Part shown: positions 1-10,064 of the stretch, piece after piece
Position numbering within the stretch: the first letter of the stretch is position 1
How the letters are laid out: each line of letters starts with the position of its first letter
NCBI GenBank assembly: GCA_976226885.1
Contig: OZ320319.1
Span: forward strand, 20,336,001 to 20,400,000
Length of the DNA: 64,000 nt
Origin: Iphione sp. A-MEVVRFRX5
Taxonomy: Eukaryota
Direction: 5' to 3'
Position numbers and translations under genes: made by a program
The notes under the pieces: model-generated
Seen by the model: only the letters and a program-made list of their open reading frames with translations
Database searches by the model: none
Told to the model about the DNA's origin: nothing

Positions 1-779
1 CTGGATAGTCGCGTTGTTACTCGGGTTGCATATATGTCCAAATTTGGATCCTTGTTCTTATTCTTCCATCTTTGCGAAGGTAGTCTGGTTCACGCTACCT
101 GGTTTGGGACCGTGTCAGCAGAGATGTTTTTAACAGGCACATCTTTTACCACCTCATCTCGATAGGCAGAATCTAATAAGATAAGAACTCCTGAATCCAA
201 CAGTTCTTTCACTGTAATGCCTTTATCGACAGCGCTCATTTTGGTATTTTGTTCTGTGAATTTTCAGTTTAGAGTAGGACCTCCCCAGCTGGGACACCCT
301 TGGCTCCTAGTGAAATTTTCTACATTTAGGGGGTGTACCCCGTCCTGAATGGTACCATGTATAACCGAAATATGACGCTGTTCCCAGCAAACTTGTCCCC
401 AGTTTCAGGGTTTCCCCTGTTTTGGATGGTCCCATTAATGAGGTTCAACCGTACTAACACACGTGTATAGAGGAATGGGACTGTTTAGAGACCTTCAAGA
501 GCAGCGAATACCGGTGTTTGATATATTAAAAAAAAAGTTTTATAGGCTGTAAAGAAGAAGACAGTAGAATTTATTCACGTTTTTTTCTCCACATTGTGCT
601 TTAAATAACTGTGCCCCTCGAGGGATATATCTTTCTCCTTCGCAATTCATAATTACAATTATCCTTTAATTACTTTATAGAAAGGGTTGCTTACATAAAT
701 CGCTACCTGCAATTTCCATCAGGAAGCCTGGGTGTCAAAAAACAACTATGAAAAGTGCCCTCTTTCAATAGCTTGCCGT

Positions 780-1635
780 ACTAGGATGTGACCACCTTAG
801 CTTGTAATGGAGGTCTCTCACCAGCAGCAGCAGCAGCAGCACCAACCGTCACACTCACAAACAGACGGACACTTCCATCCAGCAGGTTGATATCGTTACT
901 GCCAGGCTGACAAGCGCCAGTACATCGTCCCCCTGATTACAAGCTACAGCTGCGCTTCCATGCAGCCAATGCAGGTCATGTACCCCCAATAAGGCGGCAG
1001 GGCCCAAGGCGCCTATAAAAACACCATCAGTTGCACCCAGTAAATTTACATGAAATGATGATAAAGCGGAATCCGACCAAGCAAAGCATACTATAAAGCA
1101 ACAGATTCCGGGTGTGGGGGGGGGAGATGCCTTCGGGCTGGCTTTCGGCATGTAAATCAAGACTGTAATTGAACTCTACCACGTGCCTCACGCCTGTCGA
1201 CAGCAGCTGGCCGCGCCCAAGGATGGCCATAGACTGGAAGCCATTCTTGAAATGAGTCGTAGAAACAGAGGAGGCAATAAACAGTAGTGAGAGGGAGTGA
1301 TGTATTGTAGCTCACGCTCACCATTTCAAGCTGAACACTGTTGAGGCTCAAACGAATGGTCACAGAGAAGGTATGATGACTTTAATGCGAAGTAAATGTA
1401 AGGAAAGGAAATCTGTACATAGATAGGGGAGGTTGGTACGTTTTTCACCGTTCCACCCATTATTCTTTACCTGTCCAGAATTTCAGCACCATGATATATA
1501 TACATGTACAGTGAAAATAACAGCAACTATGGAAGCCACATCAATTTAAAACTGCTACTAGATAAAGGGTACCTTAATTCGTGGACAACAATCTGGCACC
1601 TAACCGTGTGCCCAGAGAAGTTTCAGTACAATCAC
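780..1635 (-). pseudogene. Possible decayed paralog of the 13271-14329 GPCR, split by the Harbinger (5' part may continue at about 10305-10560)
   Basis: Collinear short matches across frameshifts and stops: DVASIV~DVESIL, VER~VER, RIKVIIP~RLAVIIIP, FIGALGPAALLGV~LVANILPAMALAV, GSVRLFVSV~GSVVLVVVV. Spacing is only partly conserved; matched by eye. Confidence 0.35.
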
Positions 1636-1785
1636 TAAGGCCCGGTTTCCTTGTGTCCGTTTTTTTTTTCCGTATACGGGGAGGTCCGTGAAGCTCGGTC
1701 GACATAATCCCCTTCTCCGGACGTGCACGGACATGCAGTTTTCATGTACGCGGGAAATGTGTCCGTGTACGCACTCAAGCGCCAA

Positions 1786-1810
1786 GTCACGTGATGACAC
1801 TCTGACGTCA
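1786..1810 (+). promoter_or_regulatory. Putative transposase promoter elements (E-box CACGTG 1788-1793, CRE TGACGTCA 1803-1810)
   Basis: Motif matches 115-137 bp upstream of the transposase ATG in the left subterminal region; sequence match only. Confidence 0.4.
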
Positions 1811-1924
1811 CTTGACCCATTTTACAGCGTCACCTGACCTCTTTTTAAGCGCGCGTAAAGCGGGTTTGTTTACTACTCAGGTGATCGCAGACCATATCGC
1901 TGACATTCTCCAAGAAAGTCCGCG

Positions 1925-2277
1925 ATGGACGAGATCGAATTAATGGAAACACTGCTGGAGGAGTTAGAGGAAAGTGTTTTGTGTGAGGAGGAGGAAACTG
2001 CAGCTGCATTGATAGCTCTGGCTGACTCGCATGGAAAAGACAAAAAGCGGCGGCATCAGTACTGGGTGCAGCCTATCCTTCAGCGTCGTGGAGAATTAGG
2101 TGCATTCCACACACTTGTGCAAGAGTTCCTCGAACTAAACGAAGGTTTTAAGGGCTACTTTCGACTGACAGTTCCTCAGTTTGAATATGTAGTTCGGAAA
2201 CTAACCCCTTCATTGGAGAGGGTGTCGCTGACACGTGAGGCTATTCCACCAAAGGAAAGAGTCGCCATTTTTTTAAG
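1925..2277 (+). CDS. Harbinger transposase exon 1 of 2; CDS join(1925..2277,3522..4461), 430 aa
   Basis: MDEIE...RRHQYWVQPILQRR...FKGYFRLTVPQF...AIPPKERVAIFLR is a typical Harbinger N-terminus. Donor AG|gtacat at 2278, phase 2, joins exon 2 in frame (R-YVAAGES). Confidence 0.93.
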
Positions 2278-2654
2278 GTACATATAATTACACTTTATTA
2301 CGTTCATAATGTCACATATAAGTAGTAGTGTGTAAAATATCAGTCGTAATAATTTTATTGAGAAGAAATCGCACAATATAATCTACCCCGTTAATAAATC
2401 GTAACTTGTACATATAGTGGACATTGTCATTCATATGTAAATGTACAATTCTGAGTCGTCGACATTTAGTAGTAGTACCTAATTTTGGTCCGCGATATAA
2501 AAGGACATTGTAAACGGAGAGTACAGCCATAGTAAACATTGCTGTTAAATGGTATATCACCGTTGTTCTAAATGTACATATCTGAGTCTCGGACAGTTGT
2601 TAGTAGTACAGAATTTGGTCCGCGATATAAATGTCCATGGAAAATGCCATAATT

Positions 2655-3309
2655 TCACATGGCATGGTACTGCTTCCCAATCTCGCTACATTGGTTATAT
2701 AAGTCTCTGTCGCCGAAGAGCTCTGGTGACGCTGGGCACTCTGAGTAGGAGTAGGTGCTAAGAGCAGATGAGTGACTCTCTTGAGCGACTTGACGTAGGC
2801 GTGCTGGCGTTGGTGGCGTCTGCTCGTAGTACTGACTGGGGACAGGTGCTCGTCCTGGTGGCGTTGATTGGTGGTCCTGCAATTGCTGCGAGTAATTATA
2901 GTTACCGTGAGTCTGTCTTGCTGGCAGCGAGTGTTGCACCTCGTAGAACACCTCAGAAATTTTTATTTGTAGTCTGGCCTGCTGCTCGGGCGAGAGTGCT
3001 CGAAATCTGGGAACAAATGATGCCCAAAACATCCAGGCATTGTCCCTCATCCAGTCCTTCTCTTCTCTGTCCTGTCGAGACAGATCTAGTTGTCTTTGTA
3101 GCAGCTCAATACGTTGCATGCTCTCCTCTCTCCTTTTCTCTGATGATTTCGCTAATTTCTGCATAACAGAGGCTATGTCGTCATCGTCATTCTTCCTTTT
3201 CTTCCCCTTCTTCGTCGACTCAGTTGACGTTGGTTCAGAGGCTGCTGCAGAAGTGGCAAAAGTCTCTGGCTTCTTTATTGGCTTAGGGGTCGAGGTGACA
3301 AGCGGAGGC
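2655..3309 (-). CDS. MADF-BESS protein exon 3 (basic KKGKKRK patch, BESS-like motif)
   Basis: Acceptor ttttacag|G keeps the frame. DNAWMFWASFVPRFRALSPEQQARLQIKISEVFYEV resembles a BESS motif. Stop at 2655-2657; minus-strand AATAAA at about 2354-2359. Confidence 0.88.
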
Positions 3310-3521
3310 CTGTAAAATGAAGTAGTTGAAGTCAGTCACATATAAATGAATGTACTGCATTATGTAAATGAATTGACTGCATTAATGAAAACCATTGTCA
3401 TCGTGGACATTAATATGTCCGCGACCTAGTCATATCTGACCATTTTCATCGCGGACATTTATATGTCTGCGACCTAATCAGAGTTGATGTGAAATTAAAA
3501 TATGCACTCATATATTTTCAG

Positions 3522-4461
3522 ATATGTTGCCGCTGGTGAGTCACAAAAAAGCTTGGGGTACCAGTATAGGATTGGACGCGCCACCGTTCATCGCATAATT
3601 GAAGAAGTTGCTGACGCTGTTAATGAGCACCTCTTCGCTGAAATGGTCACCCCAACAACACCTGAAGAGTGGGAGCTAGTGGCAGCCAACTTCCAGGAGG
3701 AGTGGCATTTTCCCAACTGTGTCGGTGCTATTGATGGCAAGCATATCAACATGTTTGCAGCAGTCAACAGTGGGTCCGTATTCTACAACTACAAGGGCCA
3801 CTTCTCCATTGTCCTCATGGCAGTGGTCGATGCCAATTACAATTTCCTGTATGTTGATGTTGGACGTGAGGGCAAGAACAGTGATGGCGGTATCTTTCAG
3901 AGGATGGACTTTGGTAGGGCCCTTCTCGACGGCGCACTGAATTTGCCATCTGCTAGGGTCCTGCCTGGAGCAGAACATTTAGGACACCTACCCTATGTGT
4001 TTGTGGGGGATGAGGCTTTCCCCCTACTGCCCAACCTTCTCAGACCATACCCAGGACGTGACCTCAATGACCGACATCGAATGTTCAACATGCGGCTATC
4101 TAGGGCTCGTCGGATGGTGGAGTCTACGTTTGGTATTTTGGCCGTCCGATGGAGAATCTTCCATACAAAGATTCTACTCCGTCCAACCACCCTCGCCAAG
4201 GTCGTCAAAGCCTGTTGCATTTTGCATAATCTCATCCAGAGCAGCAGCACCCCTGCAAAGATCAAGGTAGTAGCTGAGGCTGCTCGGGATGATGGTGAGG
4301 CCGCTGCCCTTGCCCCCCTTCCCAGAACAGCACACCGAATGCGCCAGGACGGTGTAAACGTCCGACACAAATACATGCAATACTTTGTTGACCATAACCC
4401 TCTCCACTGGCAAGAGGAATATGTGCAGCGGGGTACAGAGCCTACCACGTCACAGACCTGA
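3522..4461 (+). CDS. Harbinger transposase exon 2 (DDE_Tnp_4/HARBI1-like catalytic domain)
   Basis: Acceptor ttttcag|A at 3521/3522. Motifs FPNCVGAIDGKH, YNYKGHFSIVLMAVVDA, NSDGGIF, VFVGDEAFPL, SRARRMVESTFGILAVRWRI, ACCILHN; no stops or frameshifts. Confidence 0.97.
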
Positions 4462-4488
4462 ACTGATCCAGTGACAAGCTGTACTCAC

Positions 4489-4879
4489 CCAATGTCGATC
4501 CTGGCCCCATCAACCTCAACACCTGCTGGTTCGTCTTGCGACACATCAGTAACTTGTGAATCTGCCTGTGACTCTGCCTGAGAGTCACACTGCGTCTGCT
4601 GTTCTTGGTCGCATTCCTGTGATTGACTCCCTGGAGCCTCCGAATCCACTTGGACATCATCTGGCACCTCAGACGTCTCTTGCACTGGCGCCTCGTAGAC
4701 GAAGTTGGACACATAGGCCTGTTGATCATTGCAGAATTTGTCCAGAAAACCGAGGATATCATAGTATGGCCATTTACGTGTGGTTTTAGGTGCCTGGCCA
4801 CTCTTTGTTAGCCTGGCCTCCCGCCTCTTCTTGACATACTCGTCCCGCAATGTGCGCCACCTGGTCTTGCATTGCTCTA
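4489..4879 (-). CDS. MADF-BESS protein exon 2
   Basis: Acceptor ctgcag|TA. (L)EQCKTRWRTLRDEYVKK...KSGQAPKTTRKWPYYDILGFL completes the MADF domain. Donor GG|gtgagt at 4488, phase 2. Confidence 0.93.
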
Positions 4880-5195
4880 CTGCAGATGAATGTAAAATGT
4901 GAGAATTAAATGTCAGACCAATCTTCAATGCATTTGCTAATAATCACTGACCATTTTTATCATGGACTGATGTATTGATGTGTACCATTTTATTATTCGC
5001 TGACCATTGTATTATCTGAGACCTTTATCATTCCCTGCATATTATCGTTTGTATTAATCGCGGACCATTTATTTATCGCGGACCAATTATTTATCGCGGA
5101 CCATTTCTTACTTTTGTCGTGGACCGTAATGTTACTATTTCTAAATTAAAGTCCGGTAAATTAAAAACCAAAGAGAACATCAGTTCAAGGAATCT

Positions 5196-5762
5196 TTATT
5201 TCGAAAATTTCTGATCCGGGTAGATGGGCAGGTCCTCCTTGCCAGAGACAATGGCAGTCTGCAGACAGCGGATCAGGTAAGCCTTGAAGGAACCTGACCC
5301 CTTCTTGTAATTCCCCTCCAGAGTCTTGATTTCTTCCGGCGTGAGGGGCGTCCTGTCAACATCGTCCGGTTTAGTGGTCTCTGCAGTTGAACTGCCTCCA
5401 CCAGCTGCTCCTTTACTGGTGGCCATCTGGAGTGAGAGCCGCTCGAGATCACGGGCCAGGTGGTCAACCTGCTTGCCGATCTCATCACAGCGGCCACGCA
5501 TGTTCCTGTCCAGAAGTGCTGCGTCATCCCTCCTGTCCAACACCTCCATCTCAATGAGTTCCCGGAAGTGGGGGATCTCATGGAGGCTGCGGTTCACCCG
5601 CTGCATGTCCTCCCGCAATGACAGGATCTGGGACTGCTGCTCGCTGACGATGGCCTGTGTCACCAGGATCTGGTCGGTAACATGGCGCACCTGTTCCTGG
5701 AGGCTCCAGCTCTGTGTGTCAGGGGCCTGCGGCTGCTCTACCATTTGATGATGCTCCCCTAT
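5196..5762 (-). CDS. Third gene exon 5 (coiled-coil-like region and helical C-terminus)
   Basis: Acceptor cttctag|ATA; 188 open codons (LQEQVRHVTDQ...LARDLERLSLQM...GSFKAYLIRCLQTAI). An AATAAA overlaps the stop codon. Confidence 0.83.
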   Translation of the reverse strand: MGEHHQMVEQPQAPDTQSWSLQEQVRHVTDQILVTQAIVSEQQSQILSLREDMQRVNRSLHEIPHFRELIEMEVLDRRDDAALLDRNMRGRCDEIGKQVDHLARDLERLSLQMATSKGAAGGGSSTAETTKPDDVDRTPLTPEEIKTLEGNYKKGSGSFKAYLIRCLQTAIVSGKEDLPIYPDQKFSK

Positions 5763-5974
5763 CTAGAAGTAGAAAAAAACCAAACAGAATGGTCCACGAT
5801 TTAATGGTGTACATATGTATGTGAATATGTTTTTAATTTCAATAAATTGTATCTGAATGAAGGAAATATTGTTTTAGTATCGCTGACCAACAGTATTGTC
5901 CGCTATATCACTGACATTATGAAGGTTTCATTCAGTTAAGTTTCAATGAAATTGTGCGCTACATATGTAGTTAC

Positions 5975-6223
5975 CTCATGGGCCTCCGGCTGCTTGGGTT
6001 GGGCGTCTTGTGTGGCCTGCGGGCGCTTGGGTCGGGCATCTTGTGTGGCCTCCTGGCGCTTGGGTCGGGCGTCTTGTGTATCCTCCTGGCGCTTGGGTCG
6101 GGCGTCTTGTGTATCCTCCTGGCGCTTGGGTCGGGCGTCTTGTGTATCCTCCTGGCGCTTGGGTCGGGCGTCTTGTGTGTCAGGGGCCTGCGGCTGCTCT
6201 TCCATCTGATGATGCTCCCCTAT
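5975..6223 (-). CDS. Third gene exon 4 (6 more repeat units)
   Basis: Acceptor cttctag|ATA; IGEHHQMEEQPQAPDTQDARPKRQE...AHE; donor GAG|gtaact; 249 nt = 83 codons. Confidence 0.8.
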
Positions 6224-6455
6224 CTAGAAGTAGATGAAAACCAAACAGAATGGTCCAAGATTTAATGGTGTACATATGTATGTGAATATGTTTTTTATTT
6301 CAATAAAGTTCCATCTCAATCATCAATGTTGTATGTTGAATTATATCTGCATGAATGAAATATTGTTTTAGTATCGCTGACCAACAGTATTGTCCGCTAT
6401 ATCACTGACATTATTATTAAGTTGCAACGAAATTGTGCGTTACATATGTATTTAC

Positions 6456-7043
6456 CTCATGGGCCTCCTGGCGCTTGGGTCGGGCGTCTTGTTTAGCCTC
6501 CTGGCGCTTGGGTCGGGCGTCGGGTGTAGCCTCCTGGCGCTTGGGTCGGGCGTCGGGTGTAGCTTCCTGGCGCTTGGGTCGGGCGTCGGGTGTAGCCTCC
6601 TGGCGCTTGGGTCGGGCGTCGGGTGTAGCCTCCTGGCGCTTGGGTCGGGCGTCGGGTGTAGCCTCCTGGCGCTTGGGTCGGGCGTCGGGTGTAGCCTCCT
6701 GGCGCTTGGGTCGGGCGTCTTGTTTAGTCTCCTGGCACTTGGGTCGGGCGTCTTGTTTAGTCTCCTGGCGCTTGGGTCGGGCGTCTTGTTTACCCTCCTG
6801 GCGCTTGGGTCGGGCGTCTTGTTTACCCTCCTGGCGCTTGGGTCGGGCGTCTTGTTTACCCTCCTGGCGCTTGGGTCGGGCGTCAGGGGTGGCCTTGGGG
6901 GCTTTGGATTTGCCTTTAGGGGGAGCTGGCTGCTCCTCCTCCTCCTCCTCTTCCTCCGAATCATCCTCATCCTCGTCCTCCTCAGTGGTCTGGTCATCAG
7001 ATTCGCTCTCCTCCGTGCTGGATACGAAGATGGCCGCTACTGC
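6456..7043 (-). CDS. Third gene exon 3 (acidic tract plus 13 x 11-aa DARPKRQExxx repeats)
   Basis: Acceptor ataacag|GCA; AVAAIFVSSTEESESDDQTTEEDEDEDDSEEEEEEE...; donor GAG|gtaaat; 588 nt = 196 codons. Confidence 0.82.
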
Positions 7044-7224
7044 CTGTTATAATGGAACAGACACATGTAATTCTTATAGGCACAATCACATCAACGGAGA
7101 TATGAATTGAACTAGCAAAATCAATCACGGACTTTTCTTCCTTGTACACTATCAACTCAAATGAGACATGCATTAAACTAGCAAATCGTGGACTTTTATT
7201 CCTGAAATGTCAGCGACTAGATAC

Positions 7225-7358
7225 CTCAGCACACCACAGCGCCTCCTGGCGTTTTTCGAACTTTGCCAGGTCTTTCTCGTATTGCGCCCATCTCCGGTCG
7301 AACTCCTCCGGTGACAGGTTGGAGCGGCGCTGAGGCTTGGGGGGGCGCTTGTTTTCAA
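7225..7358 (-). CDS. Third gene exon 2
   Basis: Acceptor ttacttccag|TT; (V)ENKRPPKPQRRSNLSPEEFDRRWAQYEKDLAKFEKRQEALWCAE; donor GAG|gtatct; 134 nt, phase 1 in and phase 0 out. Confidence 0.78.
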
Positions 7359-7383
7359 CTGGAAGTAATTAACATCCATACTT

Positions 7384-7556
7384 TGACATTATTCATATAC
7401 AAAATACATGCATGTCGTGGACAGTCTCAGCATACTCCAACAAATAGTCAGCGACACATAATACTAACATTATTTGACATTATTCATATACAAAATACAT
7501 GCATGTCGTGGACAGTCTCAGCATACTCCAACAAATAGTCAGCGACACATAATACT
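7384..7556. repeat. Two-copy tandem repeat (about 91 bp) in third-gene intron 1
   Basis: tgacattattcatatacaaaatacatgcatgtcgtggacagtctcagcatactccaacaaatagtcagcgacacataatact, twice. Confidence 0.9.
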
Positions 7557-8289
7557 ATGCAAAGGGTGAATACGGCAGTGTCTAGTATAATCTATTCATT
7601 GCACGGGATGTGTGCTGCATTAGCCGCTACACTCTCCCCGGGCCTGCCTGCCATCAGCAGCAGCAGCAGCACCAGCCGCCGAGCATGTCTGCTCGACCTG
7701 AGTGTACCCCCCACAGTGCTGCCACTGTATTGTCTTGTGTGCTGCCGCTGGCTGCTTCCCGCTGACTGCCTCCCGCACCCCGGCTGTGTGCTCCCCATCG
7801 GCAGCGGCGGCGGCGGCGGCGGCGGCAGCAGCAGCATGCATGCAAGCATGCAAGCGCTGCGCCTGTGTGCCAGAGGATCGAGTGTAGCCCTTCTATGATG
7901 GCAGCGCACCGCCCGCGACATGCAACAGCGGCCGCCTGTGTGCTCGATCATGCAGTGTACCCCCTCCCCATCTCTGCCTCCCTCGACCCTCCCGCAGCAG
8001 CAGCGCCTACGGGCTCCACACATTTGATACCCAAGGCAGAATAATTTTAAGGAAAGTAATTTTTGTCGCTGACATTTTCAATGGAAACATGACTTAATTA
8101 AAAAACAGCCAGTCAAACTTTAACACACTTGAGAACTGTCCGCGAGACATGACATGCAAAATTTGAAAAACCTGAGAATTGCCCGCGATATAAGGTCCAA
8201 GATTATCCTTCTACAATGTCCGCGATTTTAATATCATTCCATGAAACAAATGCAAGCAGATACATGAAATAGGGAAAATGTTTACTCAC

Positions 8290-8545
8290 CACGAGCCAGA
8301 CGCTTTCTGCTCGCCCTCTTCAGAGCATTCACATGTGCTTTGAACTCGGCCGCCTTCTGAGGTGTTGAGGTTTTCCTCCTCCTGTATCGGCGACACACGG
8401 CTGCATGTGAAGTTGGGTCATAGTCAGATCCATGCTCTGATCCATTATCAGACTCAGCCACGTATGTTTTCTCTGCTGCTGCTTTCTTCTTCTTCTTCTT
8501 CTTGTGAGCCTTCGTGCGGCTACGATGCTTCTTTGGTGGGGGCAT
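8290..8545 (-). CDS. Unknown transposon-borne third gene, exon 1 of 5; CDS complement(join(5196..5762,5975..6223,6456..7043,7225..7358,8290..8545)), 597 aa
   Basis: MPPPKKHRSRTKAHKKKKKKK (NLS-like)...SDYDP...KRASRKRLAR. Donor G|gtgagt at 8289, phase 1. Start codon is inferred. Confidence 0.75.
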
Positions 8546-9000
8546 CCTGACGAATGATCAACGACCAAGTGTCGCCCTCCCCTGCTGCTCTGCTATTGTG
8601 ACCATCACCCCCCCTCCCCCTGCAGCAGCAGCATCACTCATGTCGCATTGCGGATATTGCAGCAGAGCAGGGCCCTACATGCTTCATTTGCATTCATGAA
8701 TATTCGACACATTGCGGAAGATTCTAATGCTCACAAACCCAACCCCTGGTGTTCAAATTAGAGAGATGTTACCCTTCAGACATAGACATGCTGGTATTTC
8801 ATATACTACAACGGGACCTACAAATATATGGTTTGTGTGATATTAGGAATGCAAAATTAAACATGCAAGGTGTATTATACTCTCACGTTGAGAGGGGATA
8901 TTATGTAGCCTGTAATCATACTCTTGCCCGCACTAGGACAGGGCTTCTCTTGAGCGCGACCTGTCAATCAAAAATGTGGGGAGGGTTCTCGCAGGACCTG

Positions 9001-9265
9001 TCGCTCATATCGCGTCAGTTGGGGTGAGGGGTTCGCATTCATCTCACTGTGTGCATGGAGGGCTTCATGTCGCTCACTGGGTCGCGGACAATGCCATACT
9101 CATGGACGTTTAAAACATACATGTAAAAATACACCTAACGCAACGTTTACAATCGCTCATATCGTGTCAATTGGGGTGAGGGGTTCTCATTCATCTCACT
9201 GTGTGCAAGGAGGGCTTCATGTCGTCCACCCTAGGCGCAGACAATGCAATACTCTTGGACATTTA
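9001..9265. repeat. Two-copy direct repeat, period about 152 bp
   Basis: tcgctcatatcg.gtca.ttggggtgaggggttc.cattcatctcactgtgtgca.ggagggcttcatgtcg at 9001 and about 9153. Confidence 0.88.
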
Positions 9266-9339
9266 TAACACATCCAAAGAAATGCAGAAACATTCTCTGA
9301 TAAACACAAATTTGTTTGGACATAAACAAGAAATAGAAA

Positions 9340-9720
9340 AAGTCAGCGAGGTTAACCAGTGATATAATGGTCCACGACATTGGTCAGTGATTAGAATGGT
9401 CCCCGACATTGCAATGAAACATATATTGGCATGGACATAAGCAAGAAAAATAAAAGGTCAGCGAGGTTCACCAGTTATTAGAATGGTCCCCGACATTGCA
9501 ATGAAACATATATTGGCATGGACATAAGCAAGAAAAATAAAAGGTCAGCGAGGTTCACCAGTGATTAGAATGGTCCACGACATTGGTCAGTGATTAGAAT
9601 GAAACATATATTGGCATGGACATAAACAAGAAAAATAAAAGGTCAGCGAGGTTCACCAGTGAGATAATGGTCCACGACATTGGTCAGTGACTGGAATGAA
9701 ACATATTGGCATGGACAGAA
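9340..9720. repeat. Degenerate tandem array (about 85-100 bp unit, about 4 copies) in MADF intron 1
   Basis: Repeated catggacataa..aagaaaaataaaaggtcagcgaggttcaccagt...ggtccacgacatt; units carry GTCAGCGA and GTCCACGA (or the variant GTCCCCGA) motifs. Confidence 0.9.
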
Positions 9721-9746
9721 ACAGAAGCATATTAAAGTGCACTTAC

Positions 9747-9912
9747 GTGATACACTTGGGGCGGTTTCTTTCATAGCCTGCCAAATGGCCTTCCAGCTGT
9801 TGGCTGCCTTGATCTGGTCCTTGTAGTCTTTCCTGTACATGTCGTAGAGGTTCTGGTGTTGCCGCACTAGCTCAATGAGCTGTTCGCTTCGCTGAACAGT
9901 GAAGATCTTCAT
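9747..9912 (-). CDS. MADF-BESS (Myb/SANT-like) protein exon 1 of 3; CDS complement(join(2655..3309,4489..4879,9747..9912)), 403 aa
   Basis: MKIF...EQLIELVRQHQNLYDMYRKDYKDQIKAANSWKAIWQAM is the first half of a MADF domain. Donor C|gtaagt at 9746, phase 1. Confidence 0.92.
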
Positions 9913-9980
9913 GTCGAATTTTCGTTCCTTCCCGCGTCTGCTTGAGCTTCTCGAATATGGTCCGAGAGGCTCGCATGCAC

Positions 9981-10064
9981 CTTTTTTATACTACTACTAC
10001 CCACGTGGATTCGCGCGACCACGTGTTTGTGTATGACGGTCAGCGACCACATGACCCTCACGTG
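9981..10064 (-). promoter_or_regulatory. Putative MADF gene promoter (TATAAAAA at 9990-9983, three CACGTG E-boxes)
   Basis: TATA about 70 nt upstream of the ATG at 9912; CACGTG at 10002, 10020 and 10059. Confidence 0.5.

Noticed and set aside
91-238. 49-codon minus-strand ORF (MSAVDKGITVKELLDSG…)
   Set aside because: Too short, no recognisable motif, and context is truncated by the window edge.
6010-7110. Long plus-strand and alternative-frame ORFs (LLALGSGV, SWRLGRAS, TPDPSARR repeats)
   Set aside because: By-products of the stop-free 33-bp repeat. Only the minus-strand DARPKRQE frame is bounded by compatible splice sites.
9340-9720. Repeat-spacer-like array that could be mistaken for CRISPR
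   Set aside because: Eukaryotic intron, degenerate full-unit tandem duplication, no unique spacers and no cas genes.
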